Shown here: in pieces, positions 38,377-51,821 of the stretch | How positions within the stretch are numbered: the first letter of the stretch is position 1 | Layout: every line of letters starts with the position of its first letter | Assembly (NCBI RefSeq): GCF_964355755.1 | Contig: NC_092673.1 | Span: forward strand, 9,796,001-9,860,000 | Origin: Antedon mediterranea | Lineage: Eukaryota; Animalia; Echinodermata | Direction of reading: 5' to 3' | Length of the DNA: 64,000 bases | Made by a program: the position numbers and the translations under genes | The notes under the pieces: model-generated | Seen by the model: the letters and a program-made list of their open reading frames with translations, nothing else | Told to the model about the DNA's origin: nothing | The model's database searches: none

Positions 38377-41300
38377 TCAGTTGTGTTTCGCTGAATCGGC
38401 GTGCGTTTCCTTTCGCTCATCGCTTACTCGTTTGGATGTTGATTTACTCGTCCTTTTCTCTACGTTCTCGTTTCGCGGTTCGCTTTCGGTTGAAGTTTGT
38501 CCTGTATTTGTGATGTGATTGGGTGGTTCCTCTTGTGTTTTCTTTAAATGTACACGGTTTCTCCTGTACATTCCTTGTTGCGTTTCTACGTGGTAGGATC
38601 TTTCATCTAATCGCTTCGCTACCAACGCCTTTTCCCAATGCTTGTTTCCTCTGACCAACGGTTTCATTCTAACAATGTCTCCTTCTTCTAGTGGTTTCAT
38701 ATCTTTTGCTTTGCGATCATAGACTTCCTTCATTTTATCTTGTTTGCGGTGCATGTTGTGTGATTCGTCGTGCACTCGCGGTTTTAGAAGTGTTGCCGTG
38801 GTTGGTAGGAGAGTGCGTGTTCTCCTATTCATCAATCGTTGTGCCGGACTCGTTTGTAGACCTTGTGACGGAGTGTTACGATGGTCTAAAATCGCTATGT
38901 GTACATCGCTTCCGGCTTTGAGTGATTTTGTGATTATGCGCTTCGCTGTTTTGACGGCGGACTCCGCTTTTCCGTTAGCCTGACTGTTTCCTGGGCTACT
39001 TGTAAGGTGGTCGAAGTCCCATTCTTTGGCGAATCGCTTGAATTGCTCAGATGTATACTGTGGTCCGTTATCGCTTACCACCTGTGACGGTGTTCCATAG
39101 CGCGCGAAATGTGCTTTTAATTTCTTAATCACTGTCACACTTGCTGTATTTGGTAGATAATCCACTTCCCAAAAATTGCTATGGTAGTCCACAGTTATTA
39201 AGTAATCTTTGCCGCTGATCGAGAATAAGTCTGTCGCGACTCTCTCCCATGGTCTTGTTGGCAATTCGTGTGGCATCAGCGTTTCTTTTTGTTGGCCTGT
39301 TTCCATTGATCTGCAAATTTCACACTTTGCAATCATTTGTTTAATTTCGCTTGCCATCCGTGGCCAAAATACGCTTTCCCTGGCTCTTCGTACGCAGCCT
39401 TCCTGTCCCAGGTGGGAAGCATGTATGTGTTCTTTAATTTGTTCTCTTAGTTTGTCTGGTATGACGATTCGTTGTCCCCTGAAAATCAAACCATCTTGTA
39501 TGATTAGTTCATCGGCATGACTGAAGTATGGCAATATTTGCTCAGGGACTTCCTGTCTTTGTGTTGGCCATCCTTTGAGTATGGTTTCTTTTAACAGTTG
39601 TAGTGTTTCGTCCTGGTTTGTCTCCTGCTTAATTTCCGCAAGACGTTCTTTACTCGCTGGTAAGTATTGGATTACATTGATCTCTTTCATGATGGCTTTT
39701 TCCGTCGGGTCGACAGCTCTTGACAACGTATCCGCAATGTACATGGTGTTGCCCGGGGCGTGCGAAATGTCATAGTCATACTGTTGCACCCGCAATAGCA
39801 TTCCTTGTAGGCGCTTCGGTGCCTTCACCAAAGGTTTCTTTATGATCGCTTCTAACGGCTTGTGATCGCTGATTACCTTGGTGTGTCGTCCAGAAGTGTA
39901 TTGGTTGAAATGTTCTAACGAGTATGCAACTGCTAGCATTTCTTTCTCAATCGCTGCGTAGCGTTTCTCAGTTTCTGTAAGCGCTCTGCTTGAGTAGGCT
40001 ATAGGTTTTACATGCTGTAAAAGAGCTGATCCAATGCCAATACCGCTTGCGTCACATTGAATGACTAACTCGCTGTTCGGGTCATAATACGCTAACACCG
40101 GTGATTTAGTTATTAGGGCTTTCACTTTGTCGACCGCGTTTTGTTGTGGTGGTCCTCATTGCCACTCTACGTCCATACGCGTTAGTTGTCTCAATGGTTC
40201 TAAGATGTCTGACAAAGTTGGTAAGTATCTACTTAAGTAGTTGATGAAACCAATAAACCTCCTAACCTCATTTAAATTCTTTGGGATGGCATGTTTAGTA
40301 CAGCTTTAATTTTGTTGTCATCTGGCTTTAAACCTTGTCTTGTGACCTTGTGACCCAGAAAAGTTATCTGTGGTTCACGGAATGTGGACTTATCCTTATT
40401 TAACTTAATGTTTAGTTGCTGGCACCGCTCTAGCAATAATTTTAAGTGTTCATCATGGTTTTGAAGTGCAGCTTCATCTGTTTCACCCTTACCATAAACA
40501 ATTATATCATCGGCCACACAAATTATCCCTTCTAGCCCTTCTAAGGCTGTGTGTAATCGGCTTTGAAATAGTTCAGATGATGTACATAGGCCAAATGGCA
40601 ATCGATTCCATTGGAATCTGCCAAATGAAGTATTAAAACAGGTAAGTTCTCTCGATTTGTGATCTAGTTGTATTTGCCAAAAAGCTTCACTCAGATCCAG
40701 TTTCGAGAATATTTTGGCATCATTCAGTTTTGGTAATACATCATCAATAACTGGTAACTGATAATGAGCTCGTTTTAAGGCTTTATTTAAGGGTCGGGGT
40801 CAACACATATTCTTAGTTTGTTGTTGGCTTTAGTAGCGACAACCATCTGACTTACCCATTGTGTGGGGTGGTCGGGTGCTACTTTCTTGATTACCCCTCT
40901 TTGTTCCATTTTAGTTAGTTCGTCTTTTACTCTTTGTTTAATTGAGTGGGGAATTCTCCTCGCTGGAAGTGCCGTAGGTTCAACATTTTCATCAATGTAT
41001 AGGGTCGTTTCTCCAGGTAACCCTCCTAACTCCCCATTAAATACGTCATCATATTTACACTCAACATTTACTTTCCCTATCTGGGTGACCTTTTTGAACT
41101 CGTGGTCATTGATAGTTATCAATTTCATGTGTTCGCATGCTTTACAACCTAGTATTGGTTGTAGATCAGGTTGGTCTACAACTTTGAACTCTACCTGATA
41201 TTTACATTTGTTCTTTGGATTTCTCAATTTTACATGAACTTTACCAACAACCTTTACTTTTGTCTTATTCCACATCTTTAAGATTGTGTTATCTGGCTGT

Positions 41301-42323
41301 ATGTTATTAATGAGTTTCTTAGGTAGACTGTTCTTTGGGATGATGTTGACTTCTGCTCCACTGTCCAGTTGCAGGTCAATCAGTCGACCTTCCAAAGTCA
41401 TGCGCGCATAAATTGCTGTTGTGTTGACGTTGACCTCGACTACTCCGATTGTGTATTCATCTTCCGTTTCTACTTCAGACGAAGATGAATTAGCTATTTG
41501 GCTTACGTCCTTGGCGGTACCATTTCTTTGGTTTTGAGGCTTTGGATCTGCAGCATGCAGCAAAATGGTTTGGTTTATCGCACTTGTCACATGTGCGTCC
41601 CCTCGCAGGGCACTGTTGATGACTTGCATTATAGCCACATTTTCCACATTTCTTCGTCGAGTCTGATTTATGTCCCTTGTAATGTGAGGGCGCTGTTTTA
41701 TTATATCTTTTTGTTTTGTCAGTGTTGATTTTATGCACTTGGCTTTCGCCCTCCATCACCTTTAAACTTTCTTGGGATGTCTCATAATTGAGTGCAATGT
41801 TAATCGCTTTGTCAAGGGTTAGCTCATCTCCTACGTCAAGACATTTTTCTCTCACCTTGTGTTCCTTTGCTTTTACGACGATCGCGTCTCTCAACATTCT
41901 ATCCTCGTCATTGTACTCACAACGCTTTATCAACACTCTTAAATCGGTTAGAAATTTATTGAAAGACTCACGTAAGTCTCTTTGTGCCCGTCCATGAAAT
42001 TCTACGGTCACCTTGATGACGTTCTTTTTCGGCCTAACATAAAGTTCAAACCTGTTAAAAACACCTGTTAGTGTACCATTTTCGGCTGGCGTGGCTGGCT
42101 GGTCGTCGATCGCCTCGACGGCTGGCGCCCAGTCTAGTGTGTCGAACATTTCTCGGCTTCGATCCCCGAAGTATGTCATGAGGTAATTTACCTTCTGCAA
42201 CTCGGTTTTCTCAGATAATGGGCCGTTAAATGTAAATTGACAATGCTGCCTGAACCTCTTGAATTCTTTGTACAGGTCTACAGATGCCCAGTCCATCTGG
42301 GGCATCTTTGATTTCGTAGCCAT
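38377..42323 (-). pseudogene. Gypsy gag-pol (zinc-knuckle gag, protease LDSGA, RT VADD, RNase H CDAS, integrase DLF/SDNG/E) with frameshifts and a stop
   Basis: ORFs 41490-42356, 40787-41647, 40272-40601 and 38377-40125 lie in order PR-RT-RH-IN. Confidence 0.93.
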
Positions 42324-42448
42324 AATACTGGAATGTTCGGTAATATAGGCTAGCAAACACCGCTTGTCACCATGTTGTGTTTCTCTATATTTAATTGACT
42401 CACACGTACAGACATATACAAGACAGACACGTCTTCACTTGGTAACAG

Positions 42449-42865
42449 CAAAGAACTTATAACACAAGAATCTCCTGTTCGTCCGAAGCGCGTAACAATT
42501 TCGAAAGGCATTGTGGGATAGAATAGAGCTATGGGTGGCGCCATTGTGAGCCATGGAGTAGGGCGCCCGCATCAAATTAGAAAGTTAAAATCAAAGAGGG
42601 GATCTGCTAATGCTCTTGGGGGGATAGAGTAATTGACTGAGGAGTAGGGCGCCCGCATCAAATTAGAAAGTCAAAATCATAGAGGGGATCTGCTAATACT
42701 CTAGGGGGGTAGGGGGGAAGAGTAATTGACTTCCTAGTTTGGAGGGGGCGCTGCTCCATGCTGTGAAATGGCGTCGCCCAGTTTGACCTTTTAACCCTGT
42801 ACTTCCGATACTGTGTTTTGAATGCAAATTGAAGAACAGGAGATTCTTGTGTTATAAGTTCTTTG
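42449..42865. mobile_element. MITE inserted in the Gypsy 5' LTR (P-superfamily-like)
   Basis: Perfect 32-bp TIR caaagaacttataacacaagaatctcctgttc; TSD GTAACAG; internal ~85-bp direct repeat. Confidence 0.88.
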
Positions 42866-42948
42866 GTAACAGTACTTTATTGAGTGCATAGGTCATACAA
42901 TAGAGGGCTCACTACACCTAGTAGTACCAGAGCCATATATATAAAGAG

Positions 42949-44050
42949 GGGTGTCACGAAACCTAAGACCACGAAAGCTAAGACCCCCTAAGACCTAAGA
43001 TCACGAAAGCTAAGACCCAAGACCTAAGATTACAAATATTTATCTTTCGCACCTGCCTTGTATTTTAACTCCCAACATTTATTCTGAATACCACACCTTA
43101 GAATTGGCACTTTTATGAAAAAGAATCACATAAAAAGTAACAAATACAATTTTAAATTGATGATTTTACAGACGTTTTTCTCGCACACAAACTGTTTGCG
43201 AATTTCGCATGACTAGCCTACAGAGTACAGTAGGCCTACCCCTGTTCAATGTTTTTGTTTCTATGGAACGTCAAAAGAGCAAAAATTATATAGAGGGCTG
43301 AAAACTCTGTGGAGTCCATCTACAGTGTGGATGGAACAATGTAAAATTAAAATTGTAATGATAATAGTATATCATGCAAGTACGAAGAAAGAAATACTGG
43401 CAAATAAATTTTAATTTAAAAATCATGATAATAAGTTTTTTTGTTTCGTTTTCTTTCTGTTTTTATACTTGCACTATATGTTGCTCTTTTGGCGCTTCAT
43501 AGAAACAAAAACATTGAGCATGGGGGGGGGGGGGGGCTCGAGGAGTTATCTCTATGAGTATACAAAGAAACATGTCTGTAAAATCATCAATTTAAAGGAT
43601 TTATTTATTTGTTTTTATGTGTTTCTCCTTCTGAAAGTACTTATAAATCCTAATTTTAAAGTGTGGTATTCAGGATAATGTTAGTCAACAAATTTGGAGT
43701 CAAAATACAAGAAAGGCAGGTGCGTAAGAAAAACATTCTCTGAACCAACACAATGGAGTAAATATATACCAACAAACAACCCGTCAAGTTTGTTTGTTGT
43801 AAAGAAAAACTATACATTTACTCAACGGGCGAAAATAATGTGAGTTTATCCATGTTTTGCGGTAGTATTTAATTATATTTATGGTAATAAATGAAACCTA
43901 CTGTGTTTAAAATTATGTATGGATAAACAAGTATTGTTTTTAAGCTGTAGTATATCTTAGAATTTGCAATCTTAGGTCTTGGGTCTTAGCTTTCGTGATC
44001 TTAGGTCTTAGGGGGTCTTAGCTTTCGTGGTCTTAGGTTTCGTGACACCC
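42949..44050. mobile_element. Mutator-like MITE with repeat-built TIRs
   Basis: TIR gggtgtcacgaaacctaagaccacgaaagctaagacc... (~85 bp); 10-bp TSD atataaagag/atataaggag (1 mismatch). Confidence 0.85.
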
Positions 44051-44927
44051 ATATAAGGAGTTACGACATTGGATTATAGTCACGTGATATGCAGATGAAT
44101 TTGTGTCAAACTTGTCTCCGTTAATGCATGTAAAGTATAGGAGCAAGAAAATACTTTAAACTTGTTCTTATATTTAATAAAATGTAATTGTACATTTTAC
44201 GGTGAAATATCGATGTGCACAGCGTACAGAAGTACTTGCGGCAAAGAATATTGCGCGCGCGTGCGCTAGTACATTATAAATTTCGATTGATTGATTTTGG
44301 AACGAAACATCCCATAACTACGTCCTATTAATAACAATTATGTAATATTTTCAATTCATAATGCATTTTTTGATGGCTAAATAAAATAATAAAGTGTCGT
44401 GGATATATTTGTTAATATATTGAATAGGGTATGAACAATATTAAAATATTAAAGGCAAATTATTACAAATGAAATGATGAACGATCGGTCTCTGAAAGTT
44501 TGTGTCAAAAACACACAGAGAGCCATATACTGTATAAAAAGAGGGGTAAATTTGTGTGTTTTTTGTATTGGTTCATGCTTTGATGTATTCTGAATTACAT
44601 GTAGGCCCTAGCATTTATTCTTTTGTTATTATTGTTAAAGTGTGCTCTCATTATACAATAAATGTTACCAATAGCCTACTGGTCATTCACCTATAGATAA
44701 GTGAAAGTTCCTGTTCTAAGAAATAGATGATATACCGGAACTGTCCTCAGATCACAAAGCAATCCATCATTGCTTTGCTCACTCCTTAAGATGATAACAT
44801 TCTTCTATGTGAATCACTCACATATTTATTCCTACTGTGTAGATGTGTACTTTGTATAGTTTATTACAATAAAGTTATTATAGTTCTAGATAGAACATTT
44901 GTATCTGCGTCAAATACTGTTATCGAT

Positions 44928-45632
44928 ATGGCTCACAATCCTACAACCTTAACAGGTTATGGGCCCAGTAAACGGCTTTTATTTAATGGAGACGAAACTA
45001 AGTACGAGTTGTGGGAAGTCAAGTTCCTAGGACATTTGCACATACAAAAATTAAGTAAAATTATTGTACCGGAAAGCGAAGGTGGAGTAGCCGCTCCCGA
45101 TGAGGCGAAAAATAGTAATGCGTTCGCCGAACTTGTGCAGTACCTGGACGATAGAAGTCTATCTTTGATAATGAGAGACGCAAAGAACGATGGAAGAAAG
45201 GCTCTAGGAATCCTGCGGGAACATTATTTAGAAAAAAGTAAGCCAAGAATTATATCACTATATACTGAGCTTACCTCATTAAAAATGGACGAACACGAAC
45301 GTGTAACTGACTACGTTATTCGTGCAGAAACAGCAGCTACAAGTTTAAAAACTGCTAAAGAACAAATTAGCGACAGTTTGCTTGTGGCTATGGTCCTAAA
45401 AGGACTACCTCAGCGATTCCGGACATTTGCGACCGTGATAATGCAAAAAGAAAAAGAGATAAACTTTACCGATTTTAAAATTGCGCTGAGAAGCTTCGAA
45501 GAGTCGGAGAAGGCTCAAAGAGAGACAAAAGATGATAGTGTAATGAAAACACTAGAAAGTGAAAGAATTGTATGTTTTAAATGTGGGAAGCAAGGCCATA
45601 AATCCTTTGAATGTAGGATCCATCCAATCTAG
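44928..45632 (+). CDS. Copia gag (starts inside the LTR; truncated by deletion)
   Basis: TGYGP..RLLFNGDETKYELWEVKFLG, CCHC knuckle. Confidence 0.85.
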   Translation: MAHNPTTLTGYGPSKRLLFNGDETKYELWEVKFLGHLHIQKLSKIIVPESEGGVAAPDEAKNSNAFAELVQYLDDRSLSLIMRDAKNDGRKALGILREHYLEKSKPRIISLYTELTSLKMDEHERVTDYVIRAETAATSLKTAKEQISDSLLVAMVLKGLPQRFRTFATVIMQKEKEINFTDFKIALRSFEESEKAQRETKDDSVMKTLESERIVCFKCGKQGHKSFECRIHPI

Positions 45633-46456
45633 AACCCCAACCTGAGGACCAAAGGGTAATTAATGAATCGGGTAACGAAAATGTAAGGTATCCAAGACGG
45701 GAGAGAAAACCTCCATCGTATCTTGAGGATTATGCTACCGATTTAGAGGACAATAATGACCAATTATTATCCAGTATTGATTATTGCTACAAAATGTCAG
45801 AGTTTCCTCAAACTTTTAGGGAAGCTATTAATTCACCAGAGTCCAAGTATTGGCAAACTGCAATGGCAGACGAAATGAAATCCCGTAAGGAAAATAACAC
45901 ATTCACTTTAACTAAAGACTGAATAATCACTACAGGTATGAATTCAGTGGGAGGACGATGGGTGTACACTACTAAAGAAACTGCCGATGGTTCAAAGAAC
46001 TATAAGGCAAGATATGTTGCAAAAGGGTATAGCCAAATAAGAGGTGTAGATTATAATGAAACATTTGCTCCAACTGCCAGTATGACATCCGTACGTATTT
46101 TGATGCAAATTGCAGCACAACATGATTTGATTTTACATCAGATGGATGTGAAAACTGCTTATCTTAATGCTCCAATTGACTGTGAAATTTATATGGAGCA
46201 AGCAGAGGGTTTTGAAGTCCCTACAAATTCTAACAAAAAGTTAGTATACAAATTAAATAAATCACTGTATGGTTTGAAACAATCTGGCAGAAATTGGAAC
46301 AATGTATTGCATACTTTTCTATGTGAAAATAATTTTGTACAAAACCCTGTTGATCACTGTGTATACACTAAATATGTAGAAAATGAGATGATTGTACTAC
46401 TCATATGGGTGGATGATTTAATTATTGCAACAAGTAATGAGTCCGTGATGACAAAT

Positions 46457-46596
46457 TCAATTCAATTCAATTCAATTCACATTTATTTACTCATCGTTTA
46501 TAAATACAGTTTCATAGCATAAATGATGGCAAGGATCCTGCATAGAGAAGTTTACACTTCTGTTTTCGCAGGACCCTTTTACATAAAAAACATAAA
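46457..46596 (-). mobile_element. Short L2/CR1-type 3'-end insertion with (TTGAA)n tail
   Basis: TSD ACAAAT; minus strand has a stem-loop, AATAAA and a (gaatt)n tail; removal restores VMTNVKEMLK. Confidence 0.75.
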
Positions 46597-46877
46597 ACAA
46601 ATGTTAAAGAAATGTTAAAAAGTAAATTCCATATGAAAGATCTTGGTAAACTTTCATATTTTCTTGGTATTGATTTTAAACAATCCAAAGGTTCCGTAAA
46701 AATGAATCAAAGTCGATATATAGCAAAAATGCTAGACAAATTTGGAATGACCGATTGTAAACCAAGGTCTACTCCATGTGAACAGAAACTAGAATGTAAT
46801 AGCCAGGAGGCCATTGACCCTACAAAATATCGTGAAGTTGTAGGTAGTTTAATTTATGCTATGACATGTACCCGGCC

Positions 46878-48114
46878 GCGATTTTTTTTTTCGTACATAA
46901 GTTGGGGACCCCCTCATGAAACGTCACAAAATAAACATGAATAATTCATCAGTTAAATTTTCTTGTTCCGTGTGCACCCAAGCGTATAGCAACAAGAAGT
47001 GATTACACAAGTGCGGTACGATTCTAGGCCTATCTCCGCTGTTGAAGAATAGCGGCGTTTTGTGTGGATTGTCGAAATAATCGGCCTTTAGTTTATGGTG
47101 TTTTTAATAAAATTTATTACTAAAGAATTACGTGTTAAAATTATAGTTTCTATTAATACTATTAGGCCTAATTATTAGTCTCTAAACCCATGTCTATTCT
47201 AGTAGTAGCTGTGTGGATGTGTGTGACGTGTGTGTGTGTTAGGTATGACCAAAGATAGTTACACTATCTTTGGTAATAGTTACACTATCTTTGGTATGAC
47301 ACAATCCGAGTAATAAGTCAGCAAAATTAAACAATTAACATTACACAAAAATACATTTTTTATTCTCGTGGGTCAAATCTTCCCATCTCATGTGTTCATA
47401 TACGCGCATTTTTAAAGTTCCTTTGAGTACATTGCATATTGTTTGATAATTGATAGCAGAATTTAAAAAATACAGTACACAAATTATACACATTCTTTAT
47501 TCTTGTGGGTCTAAGCTTTCTTTGGGCTATGTCCAAGAACGCTTGGGTGCACACGGAACAACAACTGCGATACGATTCTTTCTACAATAATAGGCCTAGG
47601 ATTCTAGGTCAATTCACGTGATTGCCTTCGCGCACTCTTCTTCACACACACGTCCACTATGCAAAATGTGTCGAGGCTAATCGACAGCTAGGCAAAACAT
47701 TAAACTAAGTAGTAATTGGACATAGCCCAAAGACACAAGTCACACACACCCACACAGCTACTACTAGAATATACAGGGGTTTAGATTAGAGACTAGTAAT
47801 TAGGCCTAATAGTATCAATAGAAACTATAATTTTAACACGTAATTCTTTAGTAACAAACTATATTAAAAACACCATAAACTAAAGGCTGATTATTTCGAC
47901 AATCCACACAAAACTCCGCTATTCTATTATGAAATCGCACGCGGCAACCACAGCGGAGATAGGCCTAGAATCGTACCGCACTTGTGTAATCACTTCTTGT
48001 TGCTATACGCTTGGGTGCACACGGAACAAGAAAATTTAACTGATGAATTATTCATGTTTATTTTGTGACGTTTCATGATGGGGTCCCCAACTTATGTACG
48101 AAAAAAAAAATCGC
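46878..48114. mobile_element. MITE with ~165-bp TIRs inserted in Copia RT
   Basis: gcgattttttttcgtacataagttggggacccc... and reverse complement; TACCCGGCC on both sides; splits MTCTRPDI. Confidence 0.85.
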
Positions 48115-49334
48115 TACCCGGCCGGCCAGATATAGGCTGGATAGTTACAAAGTTGTCACAATATTTGTCAAATCCAAAAATTGAACACTGGGTGGCAGCT
48201 AAACATGTGTTAAGATATCTCAAAGGTACAATTAATCATGAGTTGTGTTACAGTAAGTGCTCTGAAAATTTAAGATTGATGGCTTATCCTCAGAGGACAG
48301 ACGTAGTACTACTGGCTACTGTTTTAGTTTAAATAATTGTGGTCCTCTTATTTCCTGGAAATCAAAGAAGCAAACCACAGTAGCACTGTCATCATGTGAA
48401 TCTGAATACATGGCACTAGCTGCAACAACTCAGGAATGTTTGTACCTTATACAACTATTAGATGGAATTGTTAGCGGATATCAATATGGGCCTATTCACA
48501 TTTTTGAAGATAATCAAGGCACAATTGCCTTAACTAAAAACCCAGTAAGTCGACAAAGGTCCAAGCACATTGACATCCGATATCACTTCATACGAAATGT
48601 ATTAAACGATGGTAAAATAAATGTTGTTTACTGTCCAACAGCTGAAATGGTTGCTGATATTATGACTAAGCCAGCAACAAAATTAAAGTTAAGTAAATTT
48701 AAGAATTTTATTTTTGGACAATGATGTGTTGTGATACACACACTGCACAATGTAATAATGTAATACATTTTATAAAATTAATATGGTAAATTAGAGAAAC
48801 ATTTTTATACTTTTATAATTTGATGAATATGCATGTTGTATTATATTTGATTTTTAATATTATTAGTATTACTATAAAATTAAGAAAAATGAGAACAAGT
48901 GGGAGTGTTAAAGTGTGCTCTCATTATACAATAAATGTTACCAATAGCCTACTGGTCATTCACCTATAGATAAGTGAAAGTTCCTGTTCTAAGAAATAGA
49001 TGATATACCGGAACTGTCCTCAGATCACAAAGCAATCCATCATTGCTTTGCTCACTCCTTAAGATGATAACATTCTTCTATGTGAATCACTCTTCCATAT
49101 TTATTCCTACTGTGTAGATGTGTACTTTGTATAGTTTATTACAATAAAGTTATTATAGTTCTAGATAGAACATTTGTATCTGCGTAAAATACTGTTATCG
49201 ATATGGCTCACAATCCTACAACCTTAACAATTATAGACACAATATATATATGTTACCAAATTAATACCATTAATACAATTAATTACTAAAATAAAAACGG
49301 ACTAAGCGTTATTTCAGGAGGGTTTCTTTTCTGC

Positions 49335-49655
49335 GAGTTGCGAGTTGCGAGTTGGAAAATGCGAGTTACGAGTTGGAAAATGCGAGTTGCGGGTCGGAAA
49401 ATGCGAGTTGCGGGTCGGAAAATGCGAGTTGCGGGTCGGAAAATGCGAGTTGCAAGTTGGAAAATGCGAGTTGCGGGTCGGAAAATGCGAGTTGCGGGTC
49501 GGAAAATGCGAGTTGTGGGTCGGAAAATGCGAGTTGCGAGTCGGAAAATGCGAGTTGCGGGTTGGAAAATGCAAGTTGCGGGTCGGAAAATGCGAGTTGC
49601 GGGTCGGAAAATGCGAGTTGCGGGTCGGAAAATGCGAGTTGCTGGTCGGAAATTG
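49335..49655. repeat. 21-bp tandem array (GCGAGTTGCGGGTCGGAAAAT)n, about 15 units
   Basis: Direct reading; source of the repetitive spurious ORFs 49286-49759. Confidence 0.95.
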
Positions 49656-51821
49656 CAAAAATAATTTTTCAAGGAGGTCGTACCATCCAAAAAAATAAAT
49701 ACATGAACCAAACAATCAGTAAATAAATTACAATTTAAATTTTGTTTAGTTTTTTTCATATTATGACCTGTTTAACAATTATAGACTAGTGATTCCTTTT
49801 TTAACATGGATGTTTAAAAATGGTTGAAATGAACTTATTTTGTATTTCAACACAAAACAATTATGTTATTGATACTTCATATTTTGAAATAATATAATTG
49901 TAAATATAGTAGATTAAAGTTATTATTTAATTTGTTTGCAATTACTGATAATGATACAATTACTAATAATGATACAATAAATTATGTACATGTATTTTTG
50001 CCTTGTTAAATGAGAAAATAATAATAAATTGGTAAGAAAAACTCACATTAAAAAGTACAGTTAGTATTGTTTACAGCAGGGAGGTGTTTACAGTATTTAG
50101 GTAAGCTGATTAATGATGATTAAAAACAGACATAATGGTTGGAGTCATCAGTACTACCTTGTGTACAGCAGATCCCATAAATAGGGCAAGGAAACACATA
50201 CCATACCTACAGATAATGGTCAAATTTTCAAAGCTATATTATTTTCTTAGAAATCATAGTCAATTCTTTATGTTTATAATATTTTTTTGTTAAACATTTT
50301 CAGACAAACTGTCCATAGATACATATAAATACATATGAATACAAAAAAAAGAGAAGAAATACACAGTTTATTATGTGTAACACCCATCAGAAAATCATGG
50401 AGAAGACCAATTAATGTATCTATTGAAATATAGTGCATCTCTCCAATTAAAATACATTCTGGAATCTAACCATATATTCATAATCTAACATTTTGTTTGC
50501 TTTTCATAATTTTGGAAAGAAGACTGTAAATTGTCAACCTAAAAAATTCATAAGAAGATGGAATATTGTTTTCTACAAATAATTTTCTCTGACTTAGATA
50601 TCGGAGTTGACAACAACAACATGCGGAATAAACACAAATACATGCTTTAGTATGTACACGTACAGTGCAGTAGGCATCTGTCAAATGTACTATGTGTATT
50701 TAAAGTAACTTTAGCAGGGTACAGATGTAAATACTGAAATCACTGGTTTGTTTTTAGAGAAAATATAACTTATAACTAAGATAATTCAAATTTACTTGAA
50801 TTGAATTGTTGAATTTAGGTGACAATAATCATTGATCTGCGCCCACAATTACATAGGAGAAGGAATTATTATTACTTATATACAGTATTGTTTGATGAAA
50901 TGTGTGATACAGTAGGTGAAATGAAGTTGTATTTTAGTTGTTGTTCAACGCGATGATCAAATATACAACACACTAAGAATGTAAAATTAAACTGTACATT
51001 TTGTTTTGCAAGTGAAAAGATGCAGTAGAGTCGCATATAAAAAACACTTGATCCTCAAATAAATGAATACACAGAATACATTAGAAAGTACTGGAATCAA
51101 CACAGTGTTGCTTGCTTATGAATTGGTTAAACTGACTGATTAAATGAGGAGATTGCACCCTTATTTATATCTTATTGATATATGGGGGTGCCAATTATGA
51201 CTTCATCGCATAACTTAGAGATGAGAATAGTTAGTTTTTAGATGAAACTTAAATGACATCATCATCTTTAAGAAGAAATTATAGATGACATCATACCAAC
51301 TTTAAGTCACAATCCCTTATTTGGTATAGTACACAACAAGTGTCCATGACAGGTAAATTTATGGGCCCTTTGGGAGTACCTAGTACAAAAGTCTGCATAG
51401 TGTAGTGCTGACTTATACAAGTAATAATATGTTAACAATTATATGAAAATGATTGTGTAAATAATAAAGTTAAAAGTAAAGTCTAAAAGTAAAAATGCAT
51501 TAAAAATCATGTGGTGGGCTAAACTGTCAGGCTTCTTATATTTATTAGTAGGTAGCAGACACAAATCTACAATGTGGACCTTTATCAAAGCAGTCATTAA
51601 TTGTTTTAGTAAAAGATACCTGCCCCAGGGTGGGAGTTAATTGCTTCATGGAGACCTTGATGAAGAATTCATTATCTTTTAAACCTACCACCAACCCCAC
51701 CTCAGCTCCTCCTCCCAACCAAGATCCACATACCATACATCCCTGAGATTATTTGATACAACATTACCTCTAAATGCCAGTATTTCCTTATACATGAACA
51801 TTCAAACAAACAAAAATAAGC

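Larger units (their letters stand above)
37981..42916 (-). mobile_element. Ty3/Gypsy LTR retrotransposon (Mag-like), full length, inactivated
   Basis: LTRs 37981-38101 and 42373-42916 (TG...CA); 5-bp TSD CCTAG; PBS tggtgacaagcgg; PPT aaagaacggggga. Confidence 0.95.
45790..48724 (+). pseudogene. Copia RT/RNase H disrupted by a stop, two insertions and a small deletion
   Basis: ORF fragments 45938-46456, 46603-46877, ~48124-48724; the SDADW motif is missing near 48287. Confidence 0.88.
44633..49229 (+). mobile_element. Ty1/Copia LTR retrotransposon (GalEa-like), internally deleted
   Basis: LTRs 44633-44954 and 48906-49229; TSD ATTAT; PBS ggttatgggcccag; PPT-like gagaacaagtgggag; gag with CFKCGKQGHKSFEC; RT QMDVKTAYLN, SLYGLKQS, WVDD; RNase H HIDIRYHF, ADIMTK. 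Confidence 0.96.

Noticed and set aside
49286-49759. Five overlapping repetitive ORFs (RPATRIF, HFPTRNS, ENASCGS etc.)
   Set aside because: Translation artefacts of a stop-free 21-bp tandem array
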